A DNA stretch of 64,000 nt from Candidatus Omnitrophota bacterium (lineage in GTDB: Bacteria > Omnitrophota > Gorgyraeia > Zapsychrales > JAHFFX01): the NCBI GenBank assembly GCA_023247725.1, contig JAHFFW010000011.1, positions 5,089 through 69,088 of the forward strand, written 5' to 3'. The notes under the pieces are model-generated. The model was given only the letters and a program-made list of their open reading frames with translations, had not been told where the DNA came from and searched no databases. Below, piece after piece: positions 44,219 to 53,781 of this stretch. The position numbers and the translations under genes were made by a program. Positions within the stretch are counted from its first letter, which is position 1. Every line of letters starts with the position of its first letter.

Positions 44219-44806
44219 ATGAAAAACGATGTGAGAATTGGTTTACCCCGTAGAGAGAAAGCCGCCAGCGAAGTCGGCGGTTTTTCTAGAAGTTTTCGAG
44301 GGTGGTATAAAGCCACCGTCGAAAACACCGCTTTACGGGGTTTATTGGTAGGAGTTCTCTTTTTGGTCTTCGCCAATGCACGGTCTGTTGATGCGGAATA
44401 CCGGCGAACCACGACGACCACGACCACAACCGTTTACAATGAAGCTCCGCCTTCCCCAGACACGAGCCATCACCGGTACCTCAATTTTAGAATCGATGTC
44501 AAACCATCCTTTGTATCCAATGAGCGAGTCAGAGGGAACATCACCGTGGAGAATCATTATTCCGAGCCTTTGAGCGAGGTTTTTAATATCAAGCTTTATC
44601 ACAATGATCAGCTATATAAAGAGCTCGAAACCACGGCGGAAAATTTGCTTCCTGGGCAGACGACGTTTTCACTGGATAAATTTGGAATCCCCACCATCAA
44701 TCAAAGCCTGAATTCCCAGGGGCAATGGACCATCGTCATTCGTCCCAAGAGTCTTAGTCCCGCTCAATCTCAAGAAGCGAGTTTCCGCATCCTTCCGGGG
44801 TTTTAG
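44219..44806 (+). CDS. Exported hypothetical protein with an in-frame insert in its signal peptide
   Basis: Hydrophobic stretch followed by Thr run and a beta-rich domain. Confidence 0.6.
   Translation: MKNDVRIGLPRREKAASEVGGFSRSFRGWYKATVENTALRGLLVGVLFLVFANARSVDAEYRRTTTTTTTTVYNEAPPSPDTSHHRYLNFRIDVKPSFVSNERVRGNITVENHYSEPLSEVFNIKLYHNDQLYKELETTAENLLPGQTTFSLDKFGIPTINQSLNSQGQWTIVIRPKSLSPAQSQEASFRILPGF
44245..44343. mobile_element. 99-bp MITE/REP-like palindromic element
   Basis: Terminal IR ACCCCGTAGAG/CTTTACGGGGT, two internal hairpins, GGTTTA repeated at 44240 and 44339. Confidence 0.7.
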
Positions 44807-44880
44807 ATTTCCATTTAAAAAATAATGATTGAAGGGTTCCTCGTCCCCAGCGTCTAGCTCCTCGCATTATTTTAGCTACT

Positions 44881-44916
44881 GGGGGCTGGTTGCTTGGTGC
44901 CCCCTTCGATTTTTTT
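44881..44916 (+). terminator. Possible intrinsic terminator
   Basis: GGGGGC-12 nt-GCCCCC followed by TTCGATTTTTTT. Confidence 0.45.
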
Positions 44917-44933
44917 GTAATTTCTCGCCTCGA

Positions 44934-44962
44934 TTGACAAGCTCAAACCCCGATGGTATTCT
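44934..44962 (+). promoter_or_regulatory. Sigma70 promoter upstream of the 44999-aroQ-efp-accBC genes
   Basis: TTGACA-17 nt-TATTCT with TG extended -10. Confidence 0.6.
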
Positions 44963-44998
44963 AGTCCATCACTTTTCAATATTTTTAGGGTTAACGAT

Positions 44999-45454
44999 AT
45001 GAATACGAATAACGATGAAAAATATGTTGATGAGGCCTGGAAAGAATCCGTCGCGGATGAAAAAGAGAAAGATCTAGCCAATAAGACCAAAGTCCAGTCC
45101 CAACCCAAATCCCCTGAACCAGAGGAGCCTCGTGTTTCCTCCGAAAAAAAACCAGAAGAATCGTCTGCCAGTGAAGACACCGCTTCCGAAGGCGGAATGA
45201 ATTTTCTGGAATACTTGACCAGTCTTGCTTATCAGGCCATGGTTTTCTTAGGGGAAGTTCCCCACCCGGTGACCAATTTGACGGAAAAGGATTTGCAGCA
45301 AGCCAAGATGCTCATCGACACCTTGCTGGTTTTGCGGACGAAAACCAAAGGGAATCTCACCCGTTCGGAAGAAAACACGCTCAATGCCGCCCTTTATGAG
45401 TTGCAAATGCGGTTTGTTGAAACGATGCGTCAGGAACAAAGAGGGTCTTCATGA
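44999..45454 (+). CDS. DUF1844-like protein
   Basis: AMVFLG..PHP, IDTL..L..KTKGNL..EE pattern. Confidence 0.8.
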   Translation: MNTNNDEKYVDEAWKESVADEKEKDLANKTKVQSQPKSPEPEEPRVSSEKKPEESSASEDTASEGGMNFLEYLTSLAYQAMVFLGEVPHPVTNLTEKDLQQAKMLIDTLLVLRTKTKGNLTRSEENTLNAALYELQMRFVETMRQEQRGSS

Positions 45455-45636
45455 TTGACAAAGAACTATTGGCCATTTTGGCTTGCCCAGCCTGTCAAGC
45501 CGATGTGCAGTTAAAAGGCGAAAGAATTATTTGCACGAAGTGCGGCCGTCGATATCCCATCAAAAACGGTATTCCCATTATGCTCATCGATGAGGCTCTA
45601 AAAGATGAAGAAGATTCTGGTCATCCACGGACCTAA
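45451..45636 (+). CDS. Trm112 family protein
   Basis: [10 protein letters not shown]...C..C.RRYPI.NGIPIML. Confidence 0.9.
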   Translation: MIDKELLAILACPACQADVQLKGERIICTKCGRRYPIKNGIPIMLIDEALKDEEDSGHPRT

Positions 45637-46045
45637 CCTTAATCTTTTGGGAACACGGGAAAAAGATATCTACGGTCAGATCACTCTTGCCGAAATCAAT
45701 CAACAATTACAAAAAAAGGCGCGAACCCAAGAGGTGGAATTGGAAATTTTTCAATCCAATCATGAGGGGGAAATTGTTGATATCATTCAGAAGGCCAAAA
45801 ATAATCAGGTGGGTGCGATCTTGATTAATCCGGCCGGTTATACTCACACGAGTGTCGCCATCCGTGATGCCATCCTCGCCGTGGGGATTCCGACCGTGGA
45901 GGTGCACCTCTCCAACATTCATTCCCGGGAAGATTTTCGCCACACCTCGCTCATCGCGCCGGTGGCCAAGGGGCAAGTCAGCGGCTTTGGCGCGAACAGC
46001 TACTATCTTGGACTGGATGCGGCTCTTTCGTTATTGGCCTCATGA
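45605..46045 (+). CDS. aroQ: Type II 3-dehydroquinate dehydratase
   Basis: [23 protein letters not shown]. Confidence 0.96.
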   Translation: MKKILVIHGPNLNLLGTREKDIYGQITLAEINQQLQKKARTQEVELEIFQSNHEGEIVDIIQKAKNNQVGAILINPAGYTHTSVAIRDAILAVGIPTVEVHLSNIHSREDFRHTSLIAPVAKGQVSGFGANSYYLGLDAALSLLAS

Positions 46046-47124
46046 CTTTGGTCAATCCTTACCTTATTTCCCGCCGGAAAAATTTTTTTTCTAAGCTTGC
46101 GGCTCATCACCTGGACGGCTATTTGATCACCAGCGATATCAATATCCGTTATCTGACGGGATTTCCCGCTTCCGAATCTTGGTTACTCGTTTCCCCCAAA
46201 AAAAGTTATTACATGACCGATTTTCGCTACGTCCTGGAAGCTCGGCAAGGTTTGCCGGGGATCGCGGTCCATCGATATCGGTCTTCGCTCTCCAAGGCTT
46301 TTGGGAGTCTGGCGCGCGCGCTGCGTTTAGAGCGAATCGGCTTCGATGACCGTCATTTGTCGTTCCATGCCTTTAAGCGTTTGAAAAATGAGCGTCCTGC
46401 CTCCATCAAATTGATTGCGGTCAACGGTTTGGTTGAAGAATTGCGAGAAATCAAAGATGCCGGGGAGATCAACCTTATCCGGCAGGCGCTCAAATTGCAT
46501 TTGGAAGCCTACCGGTTTCTCAAAGGTGTCATTAAACCGGGGGTCAGGGAAAGCGAAGTTCTGCTTCAATTGGAGCGTTTTGTCCGCGATCGCAAGGTTG
46601 GTTTTGCCTTTGACCCGATCATTGCCTCGGGGCCAAATTCCTGCCTTCCGCACGCCAAAATCACAGACCGGAAAATTCAACCTCATGAGCCAGTTCTCGT
46701 CGACATCGGGATCGAGGTCGATGGCTATAAGTCCGACTTGACACGAATTTTCTTTTTAGGTACAATACCGCATCTTGTGAGGAAAATTTATTCTGCCGTT
46801 GCGCTGGCTCAGGAAAAAGCCATCACAAAGATCCAACCCGGCGTCAGGGTTGCGGACATCGATGCCCAGGCGCGGCGCTATCTGAATAGTCAAAAGTTAG
46901 GTCAATTCTTTGGCCATTCCTTGGGACACGGCGTGGGTTTGGAAATCCATGAAGGTCCGCGGTTGTCCTCCCAAAGTTCCTCCATTCTCAAGGAGAATAT
47001 GGTCGTTACGGTTGAACCAGCCGTTTACCTCCCCCAAAAATTTGGTATCCGGATCGAAGATATGGTTTTGGTTACCGCCGGCGGTTGTGAGGTGTTGAGT
47101 GGAAATCGGAATCACCGAGATTAA
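46042..47124 (+). CDS. Xaa-Pro peptidase (M24B)
   Basis: [31 protein letters not shown]. Confidence 0.92.
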   Translation: MTLVNPYLISRRKNFFSKLAAHHLDGYLITSDINIRYLTGFPASESWLLVSPKKSYYMTDFRYVLEARQGLPGIAVHRYRSSLSKAFGSLARALRLERIGFDDRHLSFHAFKRLKNERPASIKLIAVNGLVEELREIKDAGEINLIRQALKLHLEAYRFLKGVIKPGVRESEVLLQLERFVRDRKVGFAFDPIIASGPNSCLPHAKITDRKIQPHEPVLVDIGIEVDGYKSDLTRIFFLGTIPHLVRKIYSAVALAQEKAITKIQPGVRVADIDAQARRYLNSQKLGQFFGHSLGHGVGLEIHEGPRLSSQSSSILKENMVVTVEPAVYLPQKFGIRIEDMVLVTAGGCEVLSGNRNHRD

Positions 47125-47665
47125 GAACGGCATCGGGCTGGTTTTAAACGGTGAGGTTTGGATTGTCGTGGACGTTCAGCATGTGAAGCCGGGTAAAGGC
47201 GCTGCCTTTGTCCGCGCCAAGCTCAAGAATCTTAAGACCGATTTGGTCTTGGAGAAGACATTCCGCAACGCCGACCGGATCGAAGAGGCCTTCCTCGAAG
47301 AAAAGCGTCTCTTGTATCAATACAATGCCGGAGATTTTTACCATTTCATGGATCAGGAGACTTACGAAGAGTTGACCATCACCAGAGAACAGATGGGGGA
47401 GTCGATTCACTTTCTTGCGGACAACATGGAAGTGACAGCCGTCGTTTTTAATCACAAGATTCAGAAGATTTATCTTCCCACCTTCATTGTCACCCAGATT
47501 AGCGAAACCGAACCAGGCTTTAAGGGTGATTCCTCAAAAGCCGGAACCAAGCCCGCGAAAATTGTTACCGGCGCCCACGTGCAGGTGCCTTTGTTCATCA
47601 ATGTCGGAGATTGGGTTAAGATCGATACCCGGGATGGTTCTTACGTCGAAAGGGTGCAAAAATGA
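47099..47665 (+). CDS. efp: Elongation factor P
   Basis: HVKPGKGAAF, VPLFI, DTR; GTG start. Confidence 0.97.
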   Translation: MEIGITEIKNGIGLVLNGEVWIVVDVQHVKPGKGAAFVRAKLKNLKTDLVLEKTFRNADRIEEAFLEEKRLLYQYNAGDFYHFMDQETYEELTITREQMGESIHFLADNMEVTAVVFNHKIQKIYLPTFIVTQISETEPGFKGDSSKAGTKPAKIVTGAHVQVPLFINVGDWVKIDTRDGSYVERVQK

Positions 47666-48123
47666 ATTTGAAGGAAATCAAGGATTTGATCAATCTTATG
47701 AACGAGAATGATCTGACCGAATTGGAGATTGAGAAAGAAGGTTCGAAGATCAAACTGAAAAAATCCTCCTCCGAATATCCAGAAAGCTTCCCTGCGCATC
47801 CTTCCCAATACCGAATAGAGGCGATCCCCTCGCCAAAATCAAATGAAGAATCTGCCGCGATTAAAGAGAATAATGGGAAGACCGGCAAACTCATCACCTC
47901 CCCGATGGTCGGAACCTTTTATCGAGCGCCTTCCCCAGAAGCGGCGTCTTTCGTCGATGTCGGCCAAACCGTAGAAATTGGTCAGGTTGTTTGCATCGTC
48001 GAAGCGATGAAATTGATGAATGAAATCAAGTCCGAGGTTCGCGGAAAAATCGTCGAGGTCGCCGTTCAGAATGCGGAACCCGTGGAATTCGGACAGACCC
48101 TGTTCGTCGTGGAGCCGATCTAA
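47662..48123 (+). CDS. accB: Biotin carboxyl carrier protein
   Basis: SPMVGTFY, EAMKLMNEI. Confidence 0.96.
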   Translation: MNLKEIKDLINLMNENDLTELEIEKEGSKIKLKKSSSEYPESFPAHPSQYRIEAIPSPKSNEESAAIKENNGKTGKLITSPMVGTFYRAPSPEAASFVDVGQTVEIGQVVCIVEAMKLMNEIKSEVRGKIVEVAVQNAEPVEFGQTLFVVEPI

Positions 48124-48184
48124 GATTCGAATTTTTTTTTTAACAATGGCTTTTGGATGATGACCGCTAAAACGCTAAGGATTT

Positions 48185-49546
48185 ATGTTTTCCAAAATAT
48201 TAATTGCGAACCGGGGCGAGATTGCGCTACGCATTATTCGGGCTTGTAAAGAAATGGGTATCCGCACGGTGGCGGTATACTCTCAGGCGGACCGCGAATC
48301 AGCCCATGTGCGGTTTGCTGATGAAGCGGTTTGCATTGGGAACCCTCCGAGTCGCGATAGCTATCTGAATATTCCGGCAATTATTTCAGCGGCGGAGATC
48401 ACCGACGTCGAAGCCATCCATCCGGGCTACGGATTCTTGGCTGAGAATGCGCACTTCGCGGACATCTGCGAATCCTGTCATATCACCTTTATTGGGCCCA
48501 GCTCCGCCACTATCCGTCACATGGGCGATAAGGTGGTGGCGCGCGAGACCATGCGCAAGATCGGTGTTCCGGTAACGCCGGGTTGTGAAGGGGTGGTGAA
48601 GTCCCAAAATGAGGCGCTGGAGATCGCCAAGAAAATCCGCTATCCGGTCATTATCAAGGCGGCGGCCGGTGGTGGGGGCAAAGGCATGCGCGTCTGTCAT
48701 AATGATGCGACGCTGCGCACCCAGTTCTCCATCGCACAGAATGAAGCCGAGACCAATTTCGGAAATCCGGATGTCTACATCGAAAAATATATCTCCGACC
48801 CCCGGCATATTGAGTTTCAGATCGTGGCCGACCACCATGGGCATATCCTTCATTTAGGAGAGCGTGACTGCACGGTCCAAAGACGCCACCAAAAACTCAT
48901 TGAGGAATCACCGTCGCCGGCTTTGGAAGAAAAATTACGAAAAAAAATGGGAGAAATAGCCGTTAAGGCGGCCAAGGCCGCGAATTATCGGGGCGTGGGA
49001 ACGATCGAATTCCTTCTCGATAATAATGGCCATTTTTATTTTATGGAGATGAATACCCGGATCCAGGTCGAGCACCCGGTGACCGAAATGGTGACGGGAA
49101 TTGATATCGTCAAGGAGCAGATGCGCCTCGCCTACGGCGGCAAACTCAAAATGCGGCAGGAAGATGTGCGCTTGCGCGGCCATTCTCTGGAATGCCGGAT
49201 CAATGCGGAGGACCCGGAAAATAATTTTATGCCCTGCCCCGGCAAGATTGAGGAGCTTAACCTGCCGGGAGGGTTCGGCGTTCGTGTCGATACCCATATT
49301 TATCCGGGATATACGATCGGACCGAATTATGATTCGCTCATGGCCAAACTCATTGTGCATGGTCGAAATCGGGAGGAATCGATCCGGATTATGCTGCGTG
49401 CTTTGGATGAATTTTATATTGCCCCCATCAAAAATACCATTGGTCTGCATCAGAAGATTTTGAATCATCCGCAGTTCGTGAAGGGAACGATCTCGACGCA
49501 TTTCTTAGAGAAAATTTTGAAAACCGACGGGGAGGCCCACAAATGA
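48185..49546 (+). CDS. accC: Biotin carboxylase
   Basis: [31 protein letters not shown]. Confidence 0.97.
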   Translation: MFSKILIANRGEIALRIIRACKEMGIRTVAVYSQADRESAHVRFADEAVCIGNPPSRDSYLNIPAIISAAEITDVEAIHPGYGFLAENAHFADICESCHITFIGPSSATIRHMGDKVVARETMRKIGVPVTPGCEGVVKSQNEALEIAKKIRYPVIIKAAAGGGGKGMRVCHNDATLRTQFSIAQNEAETNFGNPDVYIEKYISDPRHIEFQIVADHHGHILHLGERDCTVQRRHQKLIEESPSPALEEKLRKKMGEIAVKAAKAANYRGVGTIEFLLDNNGHFYFMEMNTRIQVEHPVTEMVTGIDIVKEQMRLAYGGKLKMRQEDVRLRGHSLECRINAEDPENNFMPCPGKIEELNLPGGFGVRVDTHIYPGYTIGPNYDSLMAKLIVHGRNREESIRIMLRALDEFYIAPIKNTIGLHQKILNHPQFVKGTISTHFLEKILKTDGEAHK

Positions 49547-49899
49547 TTGATTCCAGCCGGGTGGATCTGGGTTCCATCCAAGTCCATAAAAAGGCCATCG
49601 CTGATCTTGCGGTCTCAGCGCTCACGGATATCGAAGGCATTCGGCTTTTTCCCGGAGACCTGTGGCATAAAACGCGAGAGATGTTGGGTTACAAAGGCCA
49701 TCCCGGAATCGGCGTGACGGTTGACAAAAATAATCAGGTATCCATGGAAATCAAGGTAATCGTTCGCTACGGGATCAATATCCCTGATATCGCGCGCCAA
49801 GTTCAGGAAATTGTTCGCACCGCCGTCGAGCGGACGATCGACCTGAGCCTCAAAGATATCAATGTCAATGTACAAGGCATAGAGAGGGGGAAAGAATGA
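49543..49899 (+). CDS. Asp23/Gls24 family protein
   Basis: LGSIQV, YG.NIP..A..VQ, INVNV; follows accC like Bacillus yqhY. Confidence 0.85.
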   Translation: MIDSSRVDLGSIQVHKKAIADLAVSALTDIEGIRLFPGDLWHKTREMLGYKGHPGIGVTVDKNNQVSMEIKVIVRYGINIPDIARQVQEIVRTAVERTIDLSLKDINVNVQGIERGKE

Positions 49900-50501
49900 G
49901 ACTTTTTACGCGGATATCGGTCTTATTTTATGTGCTCGTTTTATCCGTTCTCTGCGGCACGGTTGGGTTGTTTGTGACTCATATCATTTCTTTAAATGAT
50001 CTCTATAGAATCCTTGAAATCGCCTATCATGACACGGATGCCCGTACGATCCTGGGACTTGTCAGTGCCGGGATTATTCTTTTGAGTTTTCTTTCCGCCC
50101 GGATTATTTATGGAAGTTATCAGAAGGAACGGACGATTGCCTTCGACAATCCCTCTGGTCGAGTCACGGTGTCCTTGTCCGCCCTCGAGGATATGGTCCG
50201 TCGGGTGGTTTTGCGCGTTCCCGATATCAAGGAAGTCAAAAGCGGGATCATTGCCACAAAAAAAGGATTGGAGGTAGAAATTCGTCTGATTTTGAAAGGC
50301 GACATGCACATTCCGGAAATGACCGCTTCGTTACAGGAAACGGTGAAGAATAAGATTCAAGATACGATCGGAATCGAGGAATCCGTTGTTGTTAAAGTGC
50401 ACGTGATCAAGATATCGACGGAAGAATACAAGCCCAAAAAGGTCAAGGGCGAGCAGCCGGAAGACCGACAAACGCTTCCCTTTCAAGGTTACCGAGCCTA
50501 A
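49896..50501 (+). CDS. amaP: AmaP-like membrane anchor
   Basis: Two TM helices then G.V.VS..ALE Asp23-like domain; overlaps asp23. Confidence 0.75.
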   Translation: MRLFTRISVLFYVLVLSVLCGTVGLFVTHIISLNDLYRILEIAYHDTDARTILGLVSAGIILLSFLSARIIYGSYQKERTIAFDNPSGRVTVSLSALEDMVRRVVLRVPDIKEVKSGIIATKKGLEVEIRLILKGDMHIPEMTASLQETVKNKIQDTIGIEESVVVKVHVIKISTEEYKPKKVKGEQPEDRQTLPFQGYRA

Positions 50502-50518
50502 CGGTTTAAAGGATTTCT

Positions 50519-51550
50519 ATGAAAAAAATTGGCGTATTGACCGGCGGTGCGGATTGTCCGGGGTTGAACTCCGTCATCCGTGCGATTGTGCGAAAGGCCA
50601 TGCTCGAAGGGATCGTCGTGACCGGTGTCAAGAACGGATGGAGGGGGCTCATTGATAATGATATGAAAATTTTAGACCTCAGATCCATCTCGGGAATTTT
50701 GGACCGGGGCGGCACGATCCTTGGAACCAGCCGGATCAATCCACTGAAGGATCCTCATCATGAACAAATTAAAAAGATCAAAGAGAATTACAAGCGTAGC
50801 GGCATGGACGGGCTTATTGCCGTCGGTGGGGAAGAAACTCTCAAGGTCACCCTCGAATTGCATAAAGAGGGGATTATCAAAGCGGTCGCCGTTCCCAAAT
50901 CCATTGACAATGCCCTCTCCGGTACCGATTACGCTTTCGGTTTTGACACGGCGGTTAATATCGCCACCGAATGCATTGATCGTTTGCATACGACGGCCGA
51001 ATCGCATCACCGGATCATGGTCGTCGAAGTCATGGGATTATATACCGGATGGATTGCCTTGGAGGCCGGCATTGCCGGAGGTGCAGACATTATTCTGATT
51101 CCGGAGATTCCGGTCAACATGCAGGAAATCTGCGATGCGGTCAAAAACCGCCATAAAAGGGGAAAAACGTTTACCATCATTGTCATTTCCGAAGGCACAG
51201 AGGTCCGCGGTTATTCTCGCAATCGTGAGCACGTGGATGATTTCGGACTCATTCGGAAAACCGGCATTGGGGAAATCGTGGCTAAAATCATTGAACAGGA
51301 AACCGGTTATGAAACCCGGGTGAGTGTTCTGGGATATATTCAGCGGGGAGGAACTCCGACGGCGTATGATCGTCTGATTGGAACGCGTTTCGGCGTGAAG
51401 GCCGTTGAGCTTGTCATCGAGGGGAAATTCGGAAAGATGGTCAGCTTGCAAGACAACAAACTGCATAGCGTGGATATTGAAGAAGCCGTGCGTGAACGCA
51501 AGAAAGTCGATATGGATCTTTACGAAATGGCGAAAGTTTTTTTTGCTTGA
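50519..51550 (+). CDS. PfkA-family phosphofructokinase homolog with divergent active site
   Basis: GGTILGTSR, GFDTA, QRGG; altered GGEET, SIDNA, MGL. Confidence 0.85.
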   Translation: MKKIGVLTGGADCPGLNSVIRAIVRKAMLEGIVVTGVKNGWRGLIDNDMKILDLRSISGILDRGGTILGTSRINPLKDPHHEQIKKIKENYKRSGMDGLIAVGGEETLKVTLELHKEGIIKAVAVPKSIDNALSGTDYAFGFDTAVNIATECIDRLHTTAESHHRIMVVEVMGLYTGWIALEAGIAGGADIILIPEIPVNMQEICDAVKNRHKRGKTFTIIVISEGTEVRGYSRNREHVDDFGLIRKTGIGEIVAKIIEQETGYETRVSVLGYIQRGGTPTAYDRLIGTRFGVKAVELVIEGKFGKMVSLQDNKLHSVDIEEAVRERKKVDMDLYEMAKVFFA

Positions 51551-51567
51551 GGTCAATTCCCGCTCTT

Positions 51568-52140
51568 ATGAAAGAACGAATTCAATCCATTTTCAAAGAA
51601 TCATCCCTTGTCCAGGAAGCCACCCTCAAAGATAATCTGGAAGCGATTCAGAATGCGGTTCAAACGATCCGTGAATGCCTGCGCCAGGGCGGCAAACTCC
51701 TCATCTTCGGCAACGGGGGTTCGGCCGCGGACAGCCAGCACATCGCCGCGGAATTCATCGGTCGTTTCCAGAAGGAGCGTCCATCCTTACCGGCGATTGC
51801 CTTGACGACCGACAGTTCGATTTTGACCGCGTTGGGAAACGATTATGGGTTCGAGACCGTTTTTGCCCGGCAGATCGCAGGGTTAGGAAAAAAGGTCGAC
51901 GTGGCCTTTGCGATTTCCACCAGCGGCAATTCCCGTAATGTCCTCGAGGGTGCAAAACAAGCCAGGAAGATGGGACTAAAGGTCATTGGTCTTAGCGGTG
52001 GCGCCGGAGGAAAACTCGCTCCTTTGTGCGATATCAATTTGATCGCCGCTTCGAAGATCACCGCGCGGATTCAGGAAGCGCATATGTGTTTGTATCATAC
52101 GATTTGTGAATTGGTTGAATCCGAATTTAGTCAGAAGTGA
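51568..52140 (+). CDS. gmhA: Phosphoheptose isomerase
   Basis: GNGGSAADSQH, STSGNS, RIQE.H. Confidence 0.95.
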   Translation: MKERIQSIFKESSLVQEATLKDNLEAIQNAVQTIRECLRQGGKLLIFGNGGSAADSQHIAAEFIGRFQKERPSLPAIALTTDSSILTALGNDYGFETVFARQIAGLGKKVDVAFAISTSGNSRNVLEGAKQARKMGLKVIGLSGGAGGKLAPLCDINLIAASKITARIQEAHMCLYHTICELVESEFSQK

Positions 52141-52622
52141 GAAATAAACAAAAAATTGTTGGATTGGCGGCTTTAAAAAAGATAGTTCGGCTTGGGCGCA
52201 AAAATGGCCGCCGGATTGCCTTCACCAACGGATGCTTCGATATTTTGCATTACGGCCACATCCGTTACCTGCAAAAAGCCAAGCGCGCCGATCGGATCCT
52301 CATCGTGGGTGTGAATTCGGATTCTTCCGTCAAGGAGCTCAAGGGAGCGCAGCGACCCGTCAATCCCCAACACGCGCGCGCTGCGGTCTTGGCCGCGTTG
52401 GAATGCGTCGATTATGTCACTATTTTTTCGGAATCGACACCGACCCGATTGATTGCCGCGATCAAACCCGATATTTTGATCAAAGGTGCTGACTGGAAAG
52501 GAAAAGCGGTTGCGGGCAGCGACCTCGTGCGATCGACCGGAGGTAAAATAGAATTTGTTCCTTTTATAGAAGGATTTTCATCAACGGGTTTAATTGATGC
52601 GCTCAAGAAACAATGTGGATAA
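52137..52622 (+). CDS. rfaE2: Heptose 1-phosphate adenylyltransferase (HldE domain II)
   Basis: FTNGCFDILHYGH, NSDSSV..LKG..RP. Confidence 0.92.
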   Translation: MRNKQKIVGLAALKKIVRLGRKNGRRIAFTNGCFDILHYGHIRYLQKAKRADRILIVGVNSDSSVKELKGAQRPVNPQHARAAVLAALECVDYVTIFSESTPTRLIAAIKPDILIKGADWKGKAVAGSDLVRSTGGKIEFVPFIEGFSSTGLIDALKKQCG

Positions 52623-53064
52623 GAGAGTTGATCAAAAGCTCGATCGCATTCTGGATGCGAATTTTAATCGCACCAAAGAAGGTCTAAGAGTCTGCGAAGA
52701 TGTCTGCCGGTTCTTTCTTAATGAGCGTCGGTTAACGCAACGATTTAAGGCCGTGCGGCATGAGTTGACGCGCTTGATCGGCCCGCCGTACCTGCAGCGT
52801 TTTTTACAAGGCCGGGCCATCGCGCAAGACGTGGGACGCCGGACCAGTGCGCCTGAACTCAAGCGTCAAAACCTAACGGATGTTTTTTACGCCAATTGCC
52901 AGAGGGTCAAAGAATCCATCCGCGTCTTGGAAGAATTTCTAAAATTGCGCGACCGGCGAGCGGCCATGGGCGTTAAGAAACTCCGCTATTCTGTTTATGA
53001 TCTGGAAAAGCAAGCTGCGCTCCAATTGCCGGCTTTACCTCATTCTCGACACAGCCGTCCATGA
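52615..53064 (+). CDS. ThiD2-like protein (N-terminal domain of long-form ThiE)
   Basis: RILDANFNR..EGLRV.ED and R..ES.RVLEE internal repeat; start uncertain. Confidence 0.75.
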   Translation: MDKRVDQKLDRILDANFNRTKEGLRVCEDVCRFFLNERRLTQRFKAVRHELTRLIGPPYLQRFLQGRAIAQDVGRRTSAPELKRQNLTDVFYANCQRVKESIRVLEEFLKLRDRRAAMGVKKLRYSVYDLEKQAALQLPALPHSRHSRP

Positions 53065-53635
53065 TTACGGGCGATTGTTACGGATCGTTCGGCAAGGTTT
53101 GGCCGGCGGTGTGGATGTATTTCAGTTAAGGGATAAAAAAGGTTCAGATCGATCGATCATTGATTTTATTCGAAAGGCATTAAGGACGATCAAAGGCCGT
53201 TGTCCTTTCCTAATCAATGACCGGGTGGATTTGGCTTTGGCTTCGCGCTGTGATGGCGTGCACTTAGGTCAGGAGGATTTGCCCGTCGCTACGGCTCGGC
53301 AAATGCTGGGTCCTCGTGCGATCATTGGGGTCTCTTGCCAGGATTTAAAGGCTGTGGATGAGGCCAACAAAGCTGGCGCTGATTATATCGGTTTCGGTTC
53401 GGTATTTAAAACCGCGACGAAGCCGGAGCGTTCGGAAATGGATTTGAATCTCTTAAAAAAAGCGGCGGCGCGTTCAAGCATTCCGCTATTTGCGATCGGC
53501 GGGATTACTTTAGAGAATTTAGGATTGGTTAAAGCGGCCGGAGTCAAACGCATCGCTGTGTGCCGGGCCATTTGTTTGGCCGATGACGATTTTTTAGCCG
53601 CTAAAAAATTTCAGCAGATTTTGAATTCGCCTTAA
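52997..53635 (+). CDS. thiE: Thiamine phosphate synthase
   Basis: QLRDK, INDRVD, GVHLGQED, TATK, AIGGI. Confidence 0.94.
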   Translation: MIWKSKLRSNCRLYLILDTAVHDYGRLLRIVRQGLAGGVDVFQLRDKKGSDRSIIDFIRKALRTIKGRCPFLINDRVDLALASRCDGVHLGQEDLPVATARQMLGPRAIIGVSCQDLKAVDEANKAGADYIGFGSVFKTATKPERSEMDLNLLKKAAARSSIPLFAIGGITLENLGLVKAAGVKRIAVCRAICLADDDFLAAKKFQQILNSP

Positions 53636-53671
53636 CCCATTTGATCTTTATGACAAAAACCGCTTGTCTTT

Positions 53672-53743
<72 letters not shown>

Positions 53744-53781
53744 CAAGAATCCCGGCCCAAACCGCAGTCGTTCGACCCGCC

